From an uncultured Arcobacter sp. (lineage in GTDB: Bacteria; Campylobacterota; Campylobacteria; Campylobacterales; Arcobacteraceae): a DNA stretch of 64,000 nt. Made by a program: the position numbers and the translations under genes. Under the pieces are notes generated by a model. That model worked only from the letters and a program-made list of their open reading frames with translations. It was not told the origin of the DNA and ran no database searches. The stretch spans positions 448,001 to 512,000 of the forward strand of contig OZ223300.1 of NCBI GenBank assembly GCA_965140705.1. The letters run 5' to 3'. The first letter of the stretch is position 1. Each line of letters begins with the position of its first letter. Below are positions 27,376-37,276 of the stretch, piece by piece.

Positions 27376-29463
27376 ATTAGTAGGTATTTTTATTTTAAAG
27401 TTTGCTCCAAAGTATTCTTTCTCTTTATAAAAAAAGTTTATATTTTGAGCACTAAGTTCACCATCAAAATGTTTTGTTATAATTTGTTCACTCATATAAA
27501 GACCAATACCTGTTCCTTGGGATTTATGTTTAGTTGTAAAATAGGGTTCAAATATTTTTTCAATATTTGATTCTTTTATTCCTCCCCCATTATCTAAAAT
27601 TGAAAATATGATTTTGTTATCAACTTGTTTTACCTCTATTTTTATTAATTTATTACTATTTTTTGTTGCATCTAAAGCCTCTTTTGCATTACTAAAAATA
27701 TTTAGTAATACCTGAATTAATTCATTTTTATAACCAAAAATTTCGCAGTCTTTATATAATGTAATAATCTCAATATCCGTATTCTTGATATTTGCTAATT
27801 TTATTGCACTATTTAATAGTGTAGAAAGTGTAAATTTTTCTTTATTTTTACTTTGTTTAAAAAAGTCTCTAAAGTCATCAATAGTTTGAGAGAGATAATT
27901 TGAGGCTCTTATAATTAAATCAACAGAATCATAGAAAAATTCGTCACTTAATTCTCCAAACTCTTTTTTTATTTTTGCACCACTTGCAGCTGTTGTAATA
28001 GTTGAAAGTGGTTGTCTCCATTGATGTGCAATATTCTCAAGCATCTCGCCCATTGAAGCCATTTTTGCTTGTTGGTAAAATAGTTTTTGTTTTTTATTAA
28101 ATTCTTTTTTTTCTTTTAATTCTTCTGTAATATCTCTAATAATAGAATACACAAAAGTTTTTTTATCTATTTTTATTGCTGATGCATATATTTCTACATC
28201 TTTTATTTCACCATTTGATAAAATATTTTTAGTAATAAAAATATTTTGTTTATTTTCTAAAATATTTATGAATTCTTTTCTTTGATTTTCTATTGTAGAC
28301 ATTGATATATCATTTGCTTTTAAATTCATAAAATCTTTTCTTTTATATCCATAGAAATTAATTGCAGCAGTGTTAATATCAATTATATTTAATGTTGTTG
28401 GATCATATACAATTTTTATTGCCTTAGAACCTTCGAAAATTTGATGATATTTTTTTGTTAATTCATTTAATTCTTGAGTTCTTTTTTTTACATTTTTTTC
28501 CAATTCAGATGTATATTTTGATTTATTATAAAAATGAATTGAAGTAAAGATAGCAATTATTATTAGAGTTAAAAGAATACCAATAAATTTGATAAATTTA
28601 TCAAATTCATAAATATCATTGAGGTCTATCTCTTTTTTCTCTTTAAAGATAATAAAATATCCAATATTTAAACCTTCTAAATCTTTTAGGGTATATGTAG
28701 TGACGATATATTTGTCTATCAATTTATACTCTTTTATTGATAAAAATTCATTAATATTCTCTTTTATAATCTTTTTTAAATTACTTTTAGCATCAAGATT
28801 TGCAACATAATAATCACCTAGAAAATCTTTTGTAAAAGGTTTTCTAATTTGTTCTTTAAATCTTTTATCTGCAAGAATTACTATATTAATTCCCCTTTTT
28901 TTAAACTCTTCTGCAATAGAGTTCATTTTTGTAATCACTTCAACTAAACCTAAAAACTTTTCTCCATCATAAATTGGAACAATATTTTTAAAAGTTATGT
29001 CAAATATACCTACACTTATGATTGATATAATTCTTGGATTTTTAAGTAGAGGCGGTAATTCTTTTCTTATTATTGCTACATTATCATCTTTTTTATTTGT
29101 CCAGCTTCTATATTTACTTATTCCATCTTTATTTATTAAATGTATCCATAGATTTTTAAAATTACTATATTTTTTAATTTTTTCAGATACAACATTCAAG
29201 TTAGAATATGATACTTTTTCATTTTTTAAAAATTTTTTGAAGTTGTTATCTTCTGATAGGGTTAATGCAACATTAAAAGTTGAGTTTTTTTTGTTAAATA
29301 TTGATTCTTCAATTTGACTTTTTAAATTAATTGATGTTTGTATATATTTGTTTTCAGTCAAGCCATCTATTTTTTTTGATAGAAAATAATTAACAAATAT
29401 AAACATAATAAGTATAAGAATAATTAATAAGACTATATAAATTGGCTTTATTGAAGATTGCAC
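27364..29463 (-). CDS. Sensor histidine kinase (Cache-type periplasmic domain plus PAS)
   Basis: Two TM segments; MGEMLENIAHQWRQPL, DNGGGI, FEPYFTTK, GTGIGL. Confidence 0.9.
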   Translation of the reverse strand: MQSSIKPIYIVLLIILILIMFIFVNYFLSKKIDGLTENKYIQTSINLKSQIEESIFNKKNSTFNVALTLSEDNNFKKFLKNEKVSYSNLNVVSEKIKKYSNFKNLWIHLINKDGISKYRSWTNKKDDNVAIIRKELPPLLKNPRIISIISVGIFDITFKNIVPIYDGEKFLGLVEVITKMNSIAEEFKKRGINIVILADKRFKEQIRKPFTKDFLGDYYVANLDAKSNLKKIIKENINEFLSIKEYKLIDKYIVTTYTLKDLEGLNIGYFIIFKEKKEIDLNDIYEFDKFIKFIGILLTLIIIAIFTSIHFYNKSKYTSELEKNVKKRTQELNELTKKYHQIFEGSKAIKIVYDPTTLNIIDINTAAINFYGYKRKDFMNLKANDISMSTIENQRKEFINILENKQNIFITKNILSNGEIKDVEIYASAIKIDKKTFVYSIIRDITEELKEKKEFNKKQKLFYQQAKMASMGEMLENIAHQWRQPLSTITTAASGAKIKKEFGELSDEFFYDSVDLIIRASNYLSQTIDDFRDFFKQSKNKEKFTLSTLLNSAIKLANIKNTDIEIITLYKDCEIFGYKNELIQVLLNIFSNAKEALDATKNSNKLIKIEVKQVDNKIIFSILDNGGGIKESNIEKIFEPYFTTKHKSQGTGIGLYMSEQIITKHFDGELSAQNINFFYKEKEYFGANFKIKIPTNLNS

Positions 29464-29697
29464 TAGAATTCCTATTTGTACTATTAATTGTTTAACAATT
29501 TTATTAGTTAATTTTATGTCTTAAGCAATTAATTATACTCTATTAATGTTAAAATACGAAATAAAAGAATTATCTTTTAATATAAGTAGAGTAATTATTA
29601 TGATAGTTGTAGAAGTATTATAAATTTATTAAATTAGATTTTATTAAAATTAGAGCTTAAAATCGATATTTGTATGTTTAAATTAAAGTAGAAAATT

Positions 29698-30669
29698 CTA
29701 CTTTAATTTAATATATTCGTCATTGATATACATAGTATCACCAAAAACTATTACTTTATCTTCTTCATCAAAAGAGAAATCATATATTTTATCAGTTTTA
29801 AAATCATTAGAAATATTTATCATATATCCTTGAGATTCTAAAGCATATAGAGAATCACCATATGCTAAGGCATAAAACTTAGCAAATTTATATTTTTTTC
29901 TATTCATAACATTTAATGAAATATCAGTTTTAATAATTTGTCCATCAATTGTTGCTAAATAAATATCATTTCCATGTGCTATAATATCTCGTAAATCATA
30001 TTGTTTGATATTTAAAACGCCATCTCCTACAGAGATAACTTTTTTTGAAGTTGCAGCTATAAGAGTGTCATTTACAACATTTAAGTAAATGATATTATTA
30101 AATTGACTATCAGCATCAACAATAATATTTCTAACTACTTTATAGTTTTGTGCAGATACAACTAAAATCTTACCATCTAATGTTGGGAATAAAATAAGAT
30201 TTTGCATAAAATAAGGAGCTGCAATTCTTGTGTCATTTGCTAAAGATTTTGTTAAATACTCTTTAAATATGATTTTCCCATCTCTTAAATCATAAGCCAT
30301 AATTGAATTGTCACTATTTACTATTGCTAAAATATCATCTTTAAGTGATGCAGCAACAACAGCTGTATTTGTAACTATCTCTTTTTTATCCACATAAATT
30401 TTATCTTTTATATTTGTAGAGAGTACTTTCCCCTCATTTAGATTTAAAAATTGAAAACCTTTAGGTATTTTTATCTTTGAAACACCTTTTGCACTAATAA
30501 ATTGACCATTTTCAAGTGTTGCACCATCTCTGTTAAATGAGACAATATCTGAATCAATAGATTTAGTACTTTTATTGAATGATAAAGTATCTTCTGGTTC
30601 AAAATATTGTTTTTTAGAACAAGCAGTAAATAAAATGATTGCTGAAATTAAAATTAATAAATGTCTCAT
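29698..30669 (-). CDS. Lipoprotein with beta-propeller-like repeats (possibly BamB-like)
   Basis: Lipobox LFTAC; repeated beta motifs (AYDLRDGKIIF, PTLDGKILVV, ATIDGQI). Confidence 0.6.
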   Translation of the reverse strand: MRHLLILISAIILFTACSKKQYFEPEDTLSFNKSTKSIDSDIVSFNRDGATLENGQFISAKGVSKIKIPKGFQFLNLNEGKVLSTNIKDKIYVDKKEIVTNTAVVAASLKDDILAIVNSDNSIMAYDLRDGKIIFKEYLTKSLANDTRIAAPYFMQNLILFPTLDGKILVVSAQNYKVVRNIIVDADSQFNNIIYLNVVNDTLIAATSKKVISVGDGVLNIKQYDLRDIIAHGNDIYLATIDGQIIKTDISLNVMNRKKYKFAKFYALAYGDSLYALESQGYMINISNDFKTDKIYDFSFDEEDKVIVFGDTMYINDEYIKLK

Positions 30670-30678
30670 TATATACCT

Positions 30679-31257
30679 TTATTTTGTGATTAAGTAATGA
30701 TTTAATAAAGCAACTAAATCTTTAACTTTTGATGTCTCAGGAATTAGTTTTAAAGCATCTTTTGCTTCTTTATATTTCCCTTTTTCAGCCAAAATCAATG
30801 CTTTATTAAATATAGCAAACTCTTTTAATAAAAAATCATTTTCCATTGAAAGATCACCTAATTTATTTACATTTTGTTCTTTCATTGCTTTTTCATATGC
30901 ATATAATTCTTTAAAAAATTTAGCATGGATAGAAATGTCTTTTTTACTATCTCTTTGACTGTAAAGTATTATGTCGTACAGATTTGAATTAAGACCTTTT
31001 AAAGTTTCTAATGCCTTTTCATCATTCGGATTTTTCAATAATTCTTGAAAAATAATGTTTGCTTTTATCGTATTTTGCTCTTTAAAATATGAAGTAAGAC
31101 TTATAGCTATTATTGCAAGTACAATTATTACAATAGCCGATATAATTATAAGTTTATATTTTTTGAAAATTCTTTCAACCCTAACAAAGCTTTCTAGGAA
31201 TTTTTCTTCGCTACTAAGCCCTTCTTTTACGAAATCCATATTGTCTTTTAAACTCAT
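30679..31257 (-). CDS. Single-TM TPR-like protein (YfgM-like)
   Basis: KKYK followed by one TM helix, helical soluble part, TPR-like KALILAEKGKYKEAKDALKLI. Confidence 0.6.
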   Translation of the reverse strand: MSLKDNMDFVKEGLSSEEKFLESFVRVERIFKKYKLIIISAIVIIVLAIIAISLTSYFKEQNTIKANIIFQELLKNPNDEKALETLKGLNSNLYDIILYSQRDSKKDISIHAKFFKELYAYEKAMKEQNVNKLGDLSMENDFLLKEFAIFNKALILAEKGKYKEAKDALKLIPETSKVKDLVALLNHYLITK

Positions 31258-31365
31258 TGATTAACCTTATAAAAAATTAGTTATAAGTGTACAAAAATTT
31301 TCATAAAATCTTACTTTTATAAAAAATTCTATATAATACAAACCTATTAAAGCACTGGGGTTAAA

Positions 31366-32664
31366 ATGAATAAATTTATATTATCAATTATAGTTTTAGT
31401 TATTTCACTAAATTTTTTACATGCTGATGTAAAGGCAGATAAAAAAGAAGAACAAAGTAGATTTGAATCATTGTCAAAATTAACAAATGTTATTGGCACT
31501 GTTGAAAAATATTATGTGGATGATTTAAAATTACAAGAAATCGTAGATAAAGCATTAAAAGGTTTAATGCAAGAATTGGATGCACATTCAACATATATGG
31601 ATAAAAAATATTTTAAAGAGATGCAAATCCAAACTGATGGTGAATTTGGTGGATTAGGAATTACTGTTGGAATGAGAGATGGAGCATTGACTGTTATCTC
31701 ACCAATTGATGGTACACCTGCATATGAAGCTGGTGTTAAATCTGAAGATATTATTTTAAAAATTGATGATAAATCAACATTAAATATGAGTTTAGATGAA
31801 GCAGTTAGTTTAATGCGTGGAAAACCAAAAACTTCAATAACGTTGACTGTTGTTAGAAAAGATGTTAGAAAACCTTTAGAAATAAAGATTGTAAGAGATA
31901 TTATTAAAATAGAATCTGTAAAAGCAAAAACTATTGGAAAAGATATTTTATATCTAAGAGTTACAAGTTTTGACAAAAATGTTGTGGCTGGATTAACTAA
32001 AGCAATTAAAGATGCTAAAGGTATTAAAGGTATTGTTTTAGATTTAAGAAATAACCCAGGTGGATTATTAACTCAAGCAATAGGAACAACTGATTTATTT
32101 GTAGATAAAGGAATCATAGTTTCACAAAAAGGTAGAGATCCTTCAAGCGAAGAAACTTTTAATGCAAACTATTCAAAAACATTGACAAGAGTACCTTTAA
32201 TTGTCCTAGTAAATGGAGGTAGTGCATCTGCTTCAGAAATCGTAAGTGGAGCTTTACAAGATCATAAAAGAGCAATTTTAGTTGGGCAAAAAACTTTTGG
32301 AAAAGGTTCAGTTCAAGTTGTATTACCAATTACTGCTGATAAGAGCGAAGCTATTAAATTAACTATTGCTAAATATTACTTACCAAGTGGAAGAACAATT
32401 CAAGCAACAGGTATTACTCCTGATGTAATAGCATATCCAGGAGAAGCTGTAAAAGCACCAGATATGGATTTCATGATAAAAGAAGCTGATTTGAAAAAAC
32501 ACTTAAAAAGTGAATTAGAAAAAGTTGATGGAAAAGATAAAGACGTAAAAAAAGAAACTAAAAAAGATGATAAAAAAATTATCACAGACGAAGAGTTGTT
32601 TAAAGACAATCAGTTAAAAACTGGTGTTGATATTTTAAAAAGTTTAATAATTATAAATAAATAA
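31366..32664 (+). CDS. ctpA: Carboxy-terminal processing protease, S41 family
   Basis: LDAHSTY, PDZ GGLGI, DLRNNPGGLL, SASASEIV, TFGKGSVQ. Confidence 0.93.
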   Translation: MNKFILSIIVLVISLNFLHADVKADKKEEQSRFESLSKLTNVIGTVEKYYVDDLKLQEIVDKALKGLMQELDAHSTYMDKKYFKEMQIQTDGEFGGLGITVGMRDGALTVISPIDGTPAYEAGVKSEDIILKIDDKSTLNMSLDEAVSLMRGKPKTSITLTVVRKDVRKPLEIKIVRDIIKIESVKAKTIGKDILYLRVTSFDKNVVAGLTKAIKDAKGIKGIVLDLRNNPGGLLTQAIGTTDLFVDKGIIVSQKGRDPSSEETFNANYSKTLTRVPLIVLVNGGSASASEIVSGALQDHKRAILVGQKTFGKGSVQVVLPITADKSEAIKLTIAKYYLPSGRTIQATGITPDVIAYPGEAVKAPDMDFMIKEADLKKHLKSELEKVDGKDKDVKKETKKDDKKIITDEELFKDNQLKTGVDILKSLIIINK

Positions 32665-32689
32665 AAAAGAATATATAAAGGAAAAATAG

Positions 32690-33643
32690 ATGAATATAAG
32701 TGATATTGTAGCACTTGGTCTTTGGCCCCAATCAAAGAAAACTACAACAAAAAAGGGTATTCAAGAGTTAGAAGATTTAGGATATAATTTATTTTATATA
32801 GGGAAAAATGCGGATCTTTATACTTGCCCAGGAGATGATGCAAAAGTATTACTTGTAAGAAGTGATAGATGTTCAGTATTTGATATTCCTTTAAATTTAG
32901 AGATTGAAGAAAAGGGAGTTTGGCAAACTGCTATTTCAAATAATGGTGCAAAATTTGCAGAAAATGCAGGTATAAAAACAGCTGTTTTATCTGAAAATGT
33001 AGACCCCTCTTTAAGTATAGCTCCAAGATGTCAAATAATGGAGTTATGTAAAGCATTAGAAGCTGAGATTGATGGTGATGTTGTACAATTTGAGTTTATT
33101 TTTAGAAACTATTTAACAGGTTCTTTATTTGAAGCAACAAAAAATGGTAATGATCCTTATGGCTTAAATTTACCATCAGATTTAAATGAGTGGCACAAAT
33201 TTGAAACTCCAATCTTCACTCCAACTACAAAAGGTGTAAAAGATATTCCTTTAAACTCTGAAAAAGTAAGAGAAAAATTTCCTGAAATTATTTCTAGTTT
33301 GGAAAAACTTTTTAAAGAATTTACTCAATATGCACAAGATAATGGCATAGTTGTTGTGGATACAAAGCTTGAAGTATTTGTAAATGCAAAAGGTGAATGG
33401 ATTTTAGGTGATGAGATATTAACACCAGAGAGTTCAAGATTTATCTCAAAAGAGAATTTTGATGCTAAAAACTACATCTCGATGGATAAACAAATTCTTA
33501 GAAATTTTGCTAAAGAAAACAGTTGGAAAGAAAAAGCAAAAGATTTAAAAGCAGGTGAAAAATTAAATGTAGAAGTTCCAGATTCTATTAAAAACGAGGT
33601 TTTAAGTGGATATAAAACTATCCATGAAAGATTGAGTAAATAG
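32690..33643 (+). CDS. purC: SAICAR synthetase (long type)
   Basis: GKNADLY, SDRCSVFD, RNYLTGS, PIFTPTTK, DTKLE, DEILTPESSRF, DKQILR; upstream of purS-purQ. Confidence 0.9.
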   Translation: MNISDIVALGLWPQSKKTTTKKGIQELEDLGYNLFYIGKNADLYTCPGDDAKVLLVRSDRCSVFDIPLNLEIEEKGVWQTAISNNGAKFAENAGIKTAVLSENVDPSLSIAPRCQIMELCKALEAEIDGDVVQFEFIFRNYLTGSLFEATKNGNDPYGLNLPSDLNEWHKFETPIFTPTTKGVKDIPLNSEKVREKFPEIISSLEKLFKEFTQYAQDNGIVVVDTKLEVFVNAKGEWILGDEILTPESSRFISKENFDAKNYISMDKQILRNFAKENSWKEKAKDLKAGEKLNVEVPDSIKNEVLSGYKTIHERLSK

Positions 33644-33663
33644 TACAATTAAGAGATAGTTTT

Positions 33664-33694
33664 TGAAGTAATTTTTTCTAGAAAAATTACTTCA
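33664..33694. terminator. Inverted repeat between purC and purS
   Basis: TGAAGTAATTTTT-TCTAG-AAAAATTACTTCA; TATAAT at 33707-33712 follows. Confidence 0.5.
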
Positions 33695-33739
33695 GGTAGT
33701 TTTAGATATAATCGCAAAAATATAAATTGAAGGTAATAA

Positions 33740-33985
33740 ATGAAAGCAATCGTAAATGTAGCATTAAAACAAGGTGTTTTAGATGATCAAGGTAAAGCAA
33801 CACACCATGCTTTAGATACTTTAGGATTTAAAGAAGTTGTTAAAGATGTAAGAATTGGAAAACAAATTATTTTAGAATTAAATTCTAGCTCAAAAGAAGA
33901 AGCACAAGCTGAAGTTACGAAGATGTGTGAAAAATTACTAGCTAATACTGTAATTGAAGATTACAATATTACAATTACTGAGTAG
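33740..33985 (+). CDS. purS: Phosphoribosylformylglycinamidine synthase subunit PurS
   Basis: GVLDDQGKA, VRIGK, LLANTVIEDY. Confidence 0.95.
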   Translation: MKAIVNVALKQGVLDDQGKATHHALDTLGFKEVVKDVRIGKQIILELNSSSKEEAQAEVTKMCEKLLANTVIEDYNITITE

Positions 33986-33989
33986 AATT

Positions 33990-34664
33990 ATGAACGTAGC
34001 AGTATTACAATTTCCAGGTACAAATTGTGAGTATGATACAAAATATGCTTTTGAAAAATTAGGTGCTATTGTTCAAATTATATGGCATAAAGAGAGTAAA
34101 TTACCAGAGAATATTGATTTAGTAGTTATTCCAGGTGGCTTCTCTTATGGTGATTATTTGAGATCAGGTGCGATTGCAAGATTTGCAAATATTATGGAAT
34201 CTGTAAAAGAGTATGCGGCAAATGGTGGAAAAATTTTAGGTATTTGTAATGGTTTCCAGATTTTACTAGAAGCTGGACTACTTCCAGGTGCTATGAAAAG
34301 AAATAGTTCATTACATTTTATTTCTAAATATAATCATTTAAAAGTAATAAATAACAATAATGTATTTTTAAATAAATTAGAAGTAAATGATGTAGTAAAT
34401 ATTCCAATTGCACATCATGATGGGAATTATTTTATTGATGAAGCTGGTTTAAAAGAACTTGAAGAAAATGATCAAATATTATTAAAATATTGTGATGAAA
34501 ATGGAAATCTTTCTAATGTAAATGGTTCTGTTTCAAATATTGCTGGTATTTGTAATAAAGAAAAAAACATTTATGGACTTATGCCCCATCCTGAACGAGC
34601 AATTGAGACACTTCTTGGATGTGATGATGGTGTTAAGATGCTAGAAGGTTTTTTAAATAAATAA
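33990..34664 (+). CDS. purQ: FGAM synthase glutaminase subunit
   Basis: FPGTNC, PGGFSYGDYLRSG, GICNGFQ, MPHPERA; ATG 33990 preferred. Confidence 0.95.
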   Translation: MNVAVLQFPGTNCEYDTKYAFEKLGAIVQIIWHKESKLPENIDLVVIPGGFSYGDYLRSGAIARFANIMESVKEYAANGGKILGICNGFQILLEAGLLPGAMKRNSSLHFISKYNHLKVINNNNVFLNKLEVNDVVNIPIAHHDGNYFIDEAGLKELEENDQILLKYCDENGNLSNVNGSVSNIAGICNKEKNIYGLMPHPERAIETLLGCDDGVKMLEGFLNK

Positions 34665-34686
34665 GAAGTAGTTTTTCTACTTCTTA
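34662..34686 (+). terminator. Stem-loop after purQ
   Basis: TAAGAAGTAG-TTTTT-CTACTTCTTA. Confidence 0.5.
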
Positions 34687-34699
34687 AAATAGGAAAAAT

Positions 34700-35899
34700 A
34701 TGAAGAGTATTTTTTATTTATTACTTATCTCACTTACATTATTAGCAAATGAACCACAAAATAGTACTGAACTAACTAATAGTGAAACTTCAGTTTTTGA
34801 TGCTAATAATAGCACTAAAGCAGAAGAGTTAAAACCAGATTATTATCAAGAAATAACAAAGCAAGATACACAAGATATATCAGCAGAAAAGAATATATAT
34901 TTATCTTATAAATATTTCCCAAGTAAGATTTTTAAAAATCAAAGATTTGAGATTATTATAAAAGCAATAATTACAAGTGATGATTATGATAAAATAGAGA
35001 CAAGATTTATAAATTCAAAAAATATGAATGTGCTAAATCCACAATCTCCTTGGACAGAAGTAGAAGATAAAACTTTTGAAAACATGTTTTATTTTAAAGC
35101 AAAGGAAGCTGATTTTGTATTACCCACTTTTCAAGTTGCAATATATAAAAATAATGCTTTAGTAGAAGTTGAAAGTATAGCACCAAAAGAAGTCTCTTTT
35201 ACAGAAATTGGTAAAAATATAGAAAACTTTTCATCAGTAATTGCAAAAGATTTAGTGATAAATGCTTACAAAACAAAACAATACAATAATGATGAATTAA
35301 TCACAATTATGGATATTAATGCAAAAGAATCAAATCTAGAGGACTTTTATATAAAAAATGTAAAAGAGCAGGGAGTTTCAAGTATTGATGATAAATATCC
35401 TGAACAAAATTTATTATATTATTTAGTTTTACCTGTTCATACAAAAAAGATTGATTTCTCATATTATAATAGTGACCAGAAAAAATTCATAACTATAAAT
35501 GTTCCAATAGTATTAGAAAATGAATTAGTAAGTACTCAAACAGATTTAAATCCAAACAAAAGTAATGTTTTGCTTTATAAAAGAGTTGTTTTTGGAAGTT
35601 TATTTGTACTATTTTTTATAATATTTATTTGGAAAAGAAAAAAAACTTATTTAATTATTGCCTTAATAAGTGCTGTTATATTATTGCTTTATTCTATTCC
35701 TAATAAAACAGAAATATTGAAAAAAGATAGTTATATTTATATACTTCCTACAAAAAAATCAACAATTTTCCAAAAAACAGATAAAGAACATGAAGTTCAA
35801 GTATCTATTAAAAGAGGCGACTTTGTGAAAGTTATTTTAGGAGATGGTGATAAAAGTATGATTGGATGGGTTAAAGAAAATGATCTTGTCAAAAATTAG
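34700..35899 (+). CDS. Exported/membrane protein with C-terminal SH3-like domain
   Basis: Signal peptide, two late TM segments, YILPT...FVKV...IGWVK. Confidence 0.7.
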   Translation: MKSIFYLLLISLTLLANEPQNSTELTNSETSVFDANNSTKAEELKPDYYQEITKQDTQDISAEKNIYLSYKYFPSKIFKNQRFEIIIKAIITSDDYDKIETRFINSKNMNVLNPQSPWTEVEDKTFENMFYFKAKEADFVLPTFQVAIYKNNALVEVESIAPKEVSFTEIGKNIENFSSVIAKDLVINAYKTKQYNNDELITIMDINAKESNLEDFYIKNVKEQGVSSIDDKYPEQNLLYYLVLPVHTKKIDFSYYNSDQKKFITINVPIVLENELVSTQTDLNPNKSNVLLYKRVVFGSLFVLFFIIFIWKRKKTYLIIALISAVILLLYSIPNKTEILKKDSYIYILPTKKSTIFQKTDKEHEVQVSIKRGDFVKVILGDGDKSMIGWVKENDLVKN

Positions 35900-36572
35900 A
35901 GGAATTATTGTATTAATACAATTTACAATTAGTGTAGCATTTGTTGTTATTGCAATGTATACTTTTAAAAACCATGTACACAAAATTATAAAACTTTGGA
36001 TGAGACTTCAAATATATTTTTTAGGTATTACTTTCGAACAAGTTGGGAAGATGGATGAATCATGCGATATGATAATAATGAATCATCAAAGTCTATTAGA
36101 CATTATAGTAATAGAACATATTCACAATAAACATTTAGCTTGGGTAGGAAAAAAAGAGATTACAAATCTAATCTTTTTTGGTCATATTATGAAAGCGCCA
36201 AATATGATTACAATTGATAGAGAAAATAAAACTGGTTTATTAAAACTAATTAAAGATGCAAAAGATAGATTATCAAAAAATAGACCTATAGCAATTTTTC
36301 CAGAAGGTACAAGAGGTGATGGGAAAACTATGGGTCCTTTTAAACCAGGAGCTGCAATGGTTGCAAACAAATTAAATTTGAAAGTGCAACCTTTGATAAT
36401 AATAAATACAAAAAATATTCTTGATTCTCAAAAACTTGATGCAAAACCAGGAGTAGTTAAAATCATTTATTTAGACCCAGTTCAAGCTGATAAATCGACT
36501 AATTGGTATAAAGAAACAGAAGAAAAAATGAGAGAAGTCTTATCAAAAGAAATAGAAAAAGAGAAAAAATGA
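35880..36572 (+). CDS. plsC: 1-acyl-sn-glycerol-3-phosphate acyltransferase
   Basis: NHQSLLD, IDR, FPEGTR, FKPG. Confidence 0.92.
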   Translation: MILSKIRGIIVLIQFTISVAFVVIAMYTFKNHVHKIIKLWMRLQIYFLGITFEQVGKMDESCDMIIMNHQSLLDIIVIEHIHNKHLAWVGKKEITNLIFFGHIMKAPNMITIDRENKTGLLKLIKDAKDRLSKNRPIAIFPEGTRGDGKTMGPFKPGAAMVANKLNLKVQPLIIINTKNILDSQKLDAKPGVVKIIYLDPVQADKSTNWYKETEEKMREVLSKEIEKEKK

Positions 36573-36955
36573 CACTATCATGGCAAACAATTTTAGCAGT
36601 AGGATGTGGAGGTTTCTTTGGAGCAATTTCTAGAGTTTATATAACTCATAGTATGAACTTATCTATGAAATCAGAATTTCCTTGGGGAGTTTTGACAGTA
36701 AATGTTGTGGGAAGTTTCATAATAGGAGTTTTATTCGCAATTTTTTTGCATTATACTGTTTCTGATACCTTAAAATCTTTTTTAACAACAGGCTTTTTGG
36801 GAGCTTTTACTACTTATTCAACTTTTGCAATTGAAAGTTACTTCTTACTTAATACTTCAATTTTTCTTGCTGGTGTAAGTATGTTTTTAAATCTTTTTGG
36901 AACAATCGTAGCAGCTGGTAGCGGATATAGACTTATTCACTTTTTACTTAGATAA
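36569..36955 (+). CDS. crcB: Fluoride efflux channel Fluc
   Basis: GGFFGAISR, PWGVL.VN..GSF, TGFLGAFTTYSTF. Confidence 0.93.
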   Translation: MTLSWQTILAVGCGGFFGAISRVYITHSMNLSMKSEFPWGVLTVNVVGSFIIGVLFAIFLHYTVSDTLKSFLTTGFLGAFTTYSTFAIESYFLLNTSIFLAGVSMFLNLFGTIVAAGSGYRLIHFLLR

Positions 36956-37032
36956 AAAGTGCAATTTATTTAAGGATTAAGAAGATATAATAGCCTCTTA
37001 ATTTTTTTAAAAGTTCAATATAGGAGAATACT

Positions 37033-37266
37033 ATGGGTATGCCAGGTGGTATGGAATGGATATTAATTGCGTTGGTTGTTTTATTACTTTTTGGTGGTAA
37101 AAAAATACCAGAATTAGCAAAAGGTTTAGGTTCAGGAATCAAAAACTTTAAAAAAGCAGTTAAAGAAGATGATGACGAAGAAGTAGTTAAAGCTGATAAA
37201 GCAGATGAAATTGAAGATAAAAAAGCTGAGAAATCAGTAAATACTGAAGATACAAAAAAAGTTTAG
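37033..37266 (+). CDS. tatA: Twin-arginine translocase TatA/E
   Basis: [23 protein letters not shown]. Confidence 0.95.
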   Translation: MGMPGGMEWILIALVVLLLFGGKKIPELAKGLGSGIKNFKKAVKEDDDEEVVKADKADEIEDKKAEKSVNTEDTKKV

Positions 37267-37276
37267 GGATTAATAG

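Noticed and set aside
36500..36571. Fluoride riboswitch before crcB
   Set aside because: crcB overlaps the plsC stop, so there is no leader, and no recognisable motif
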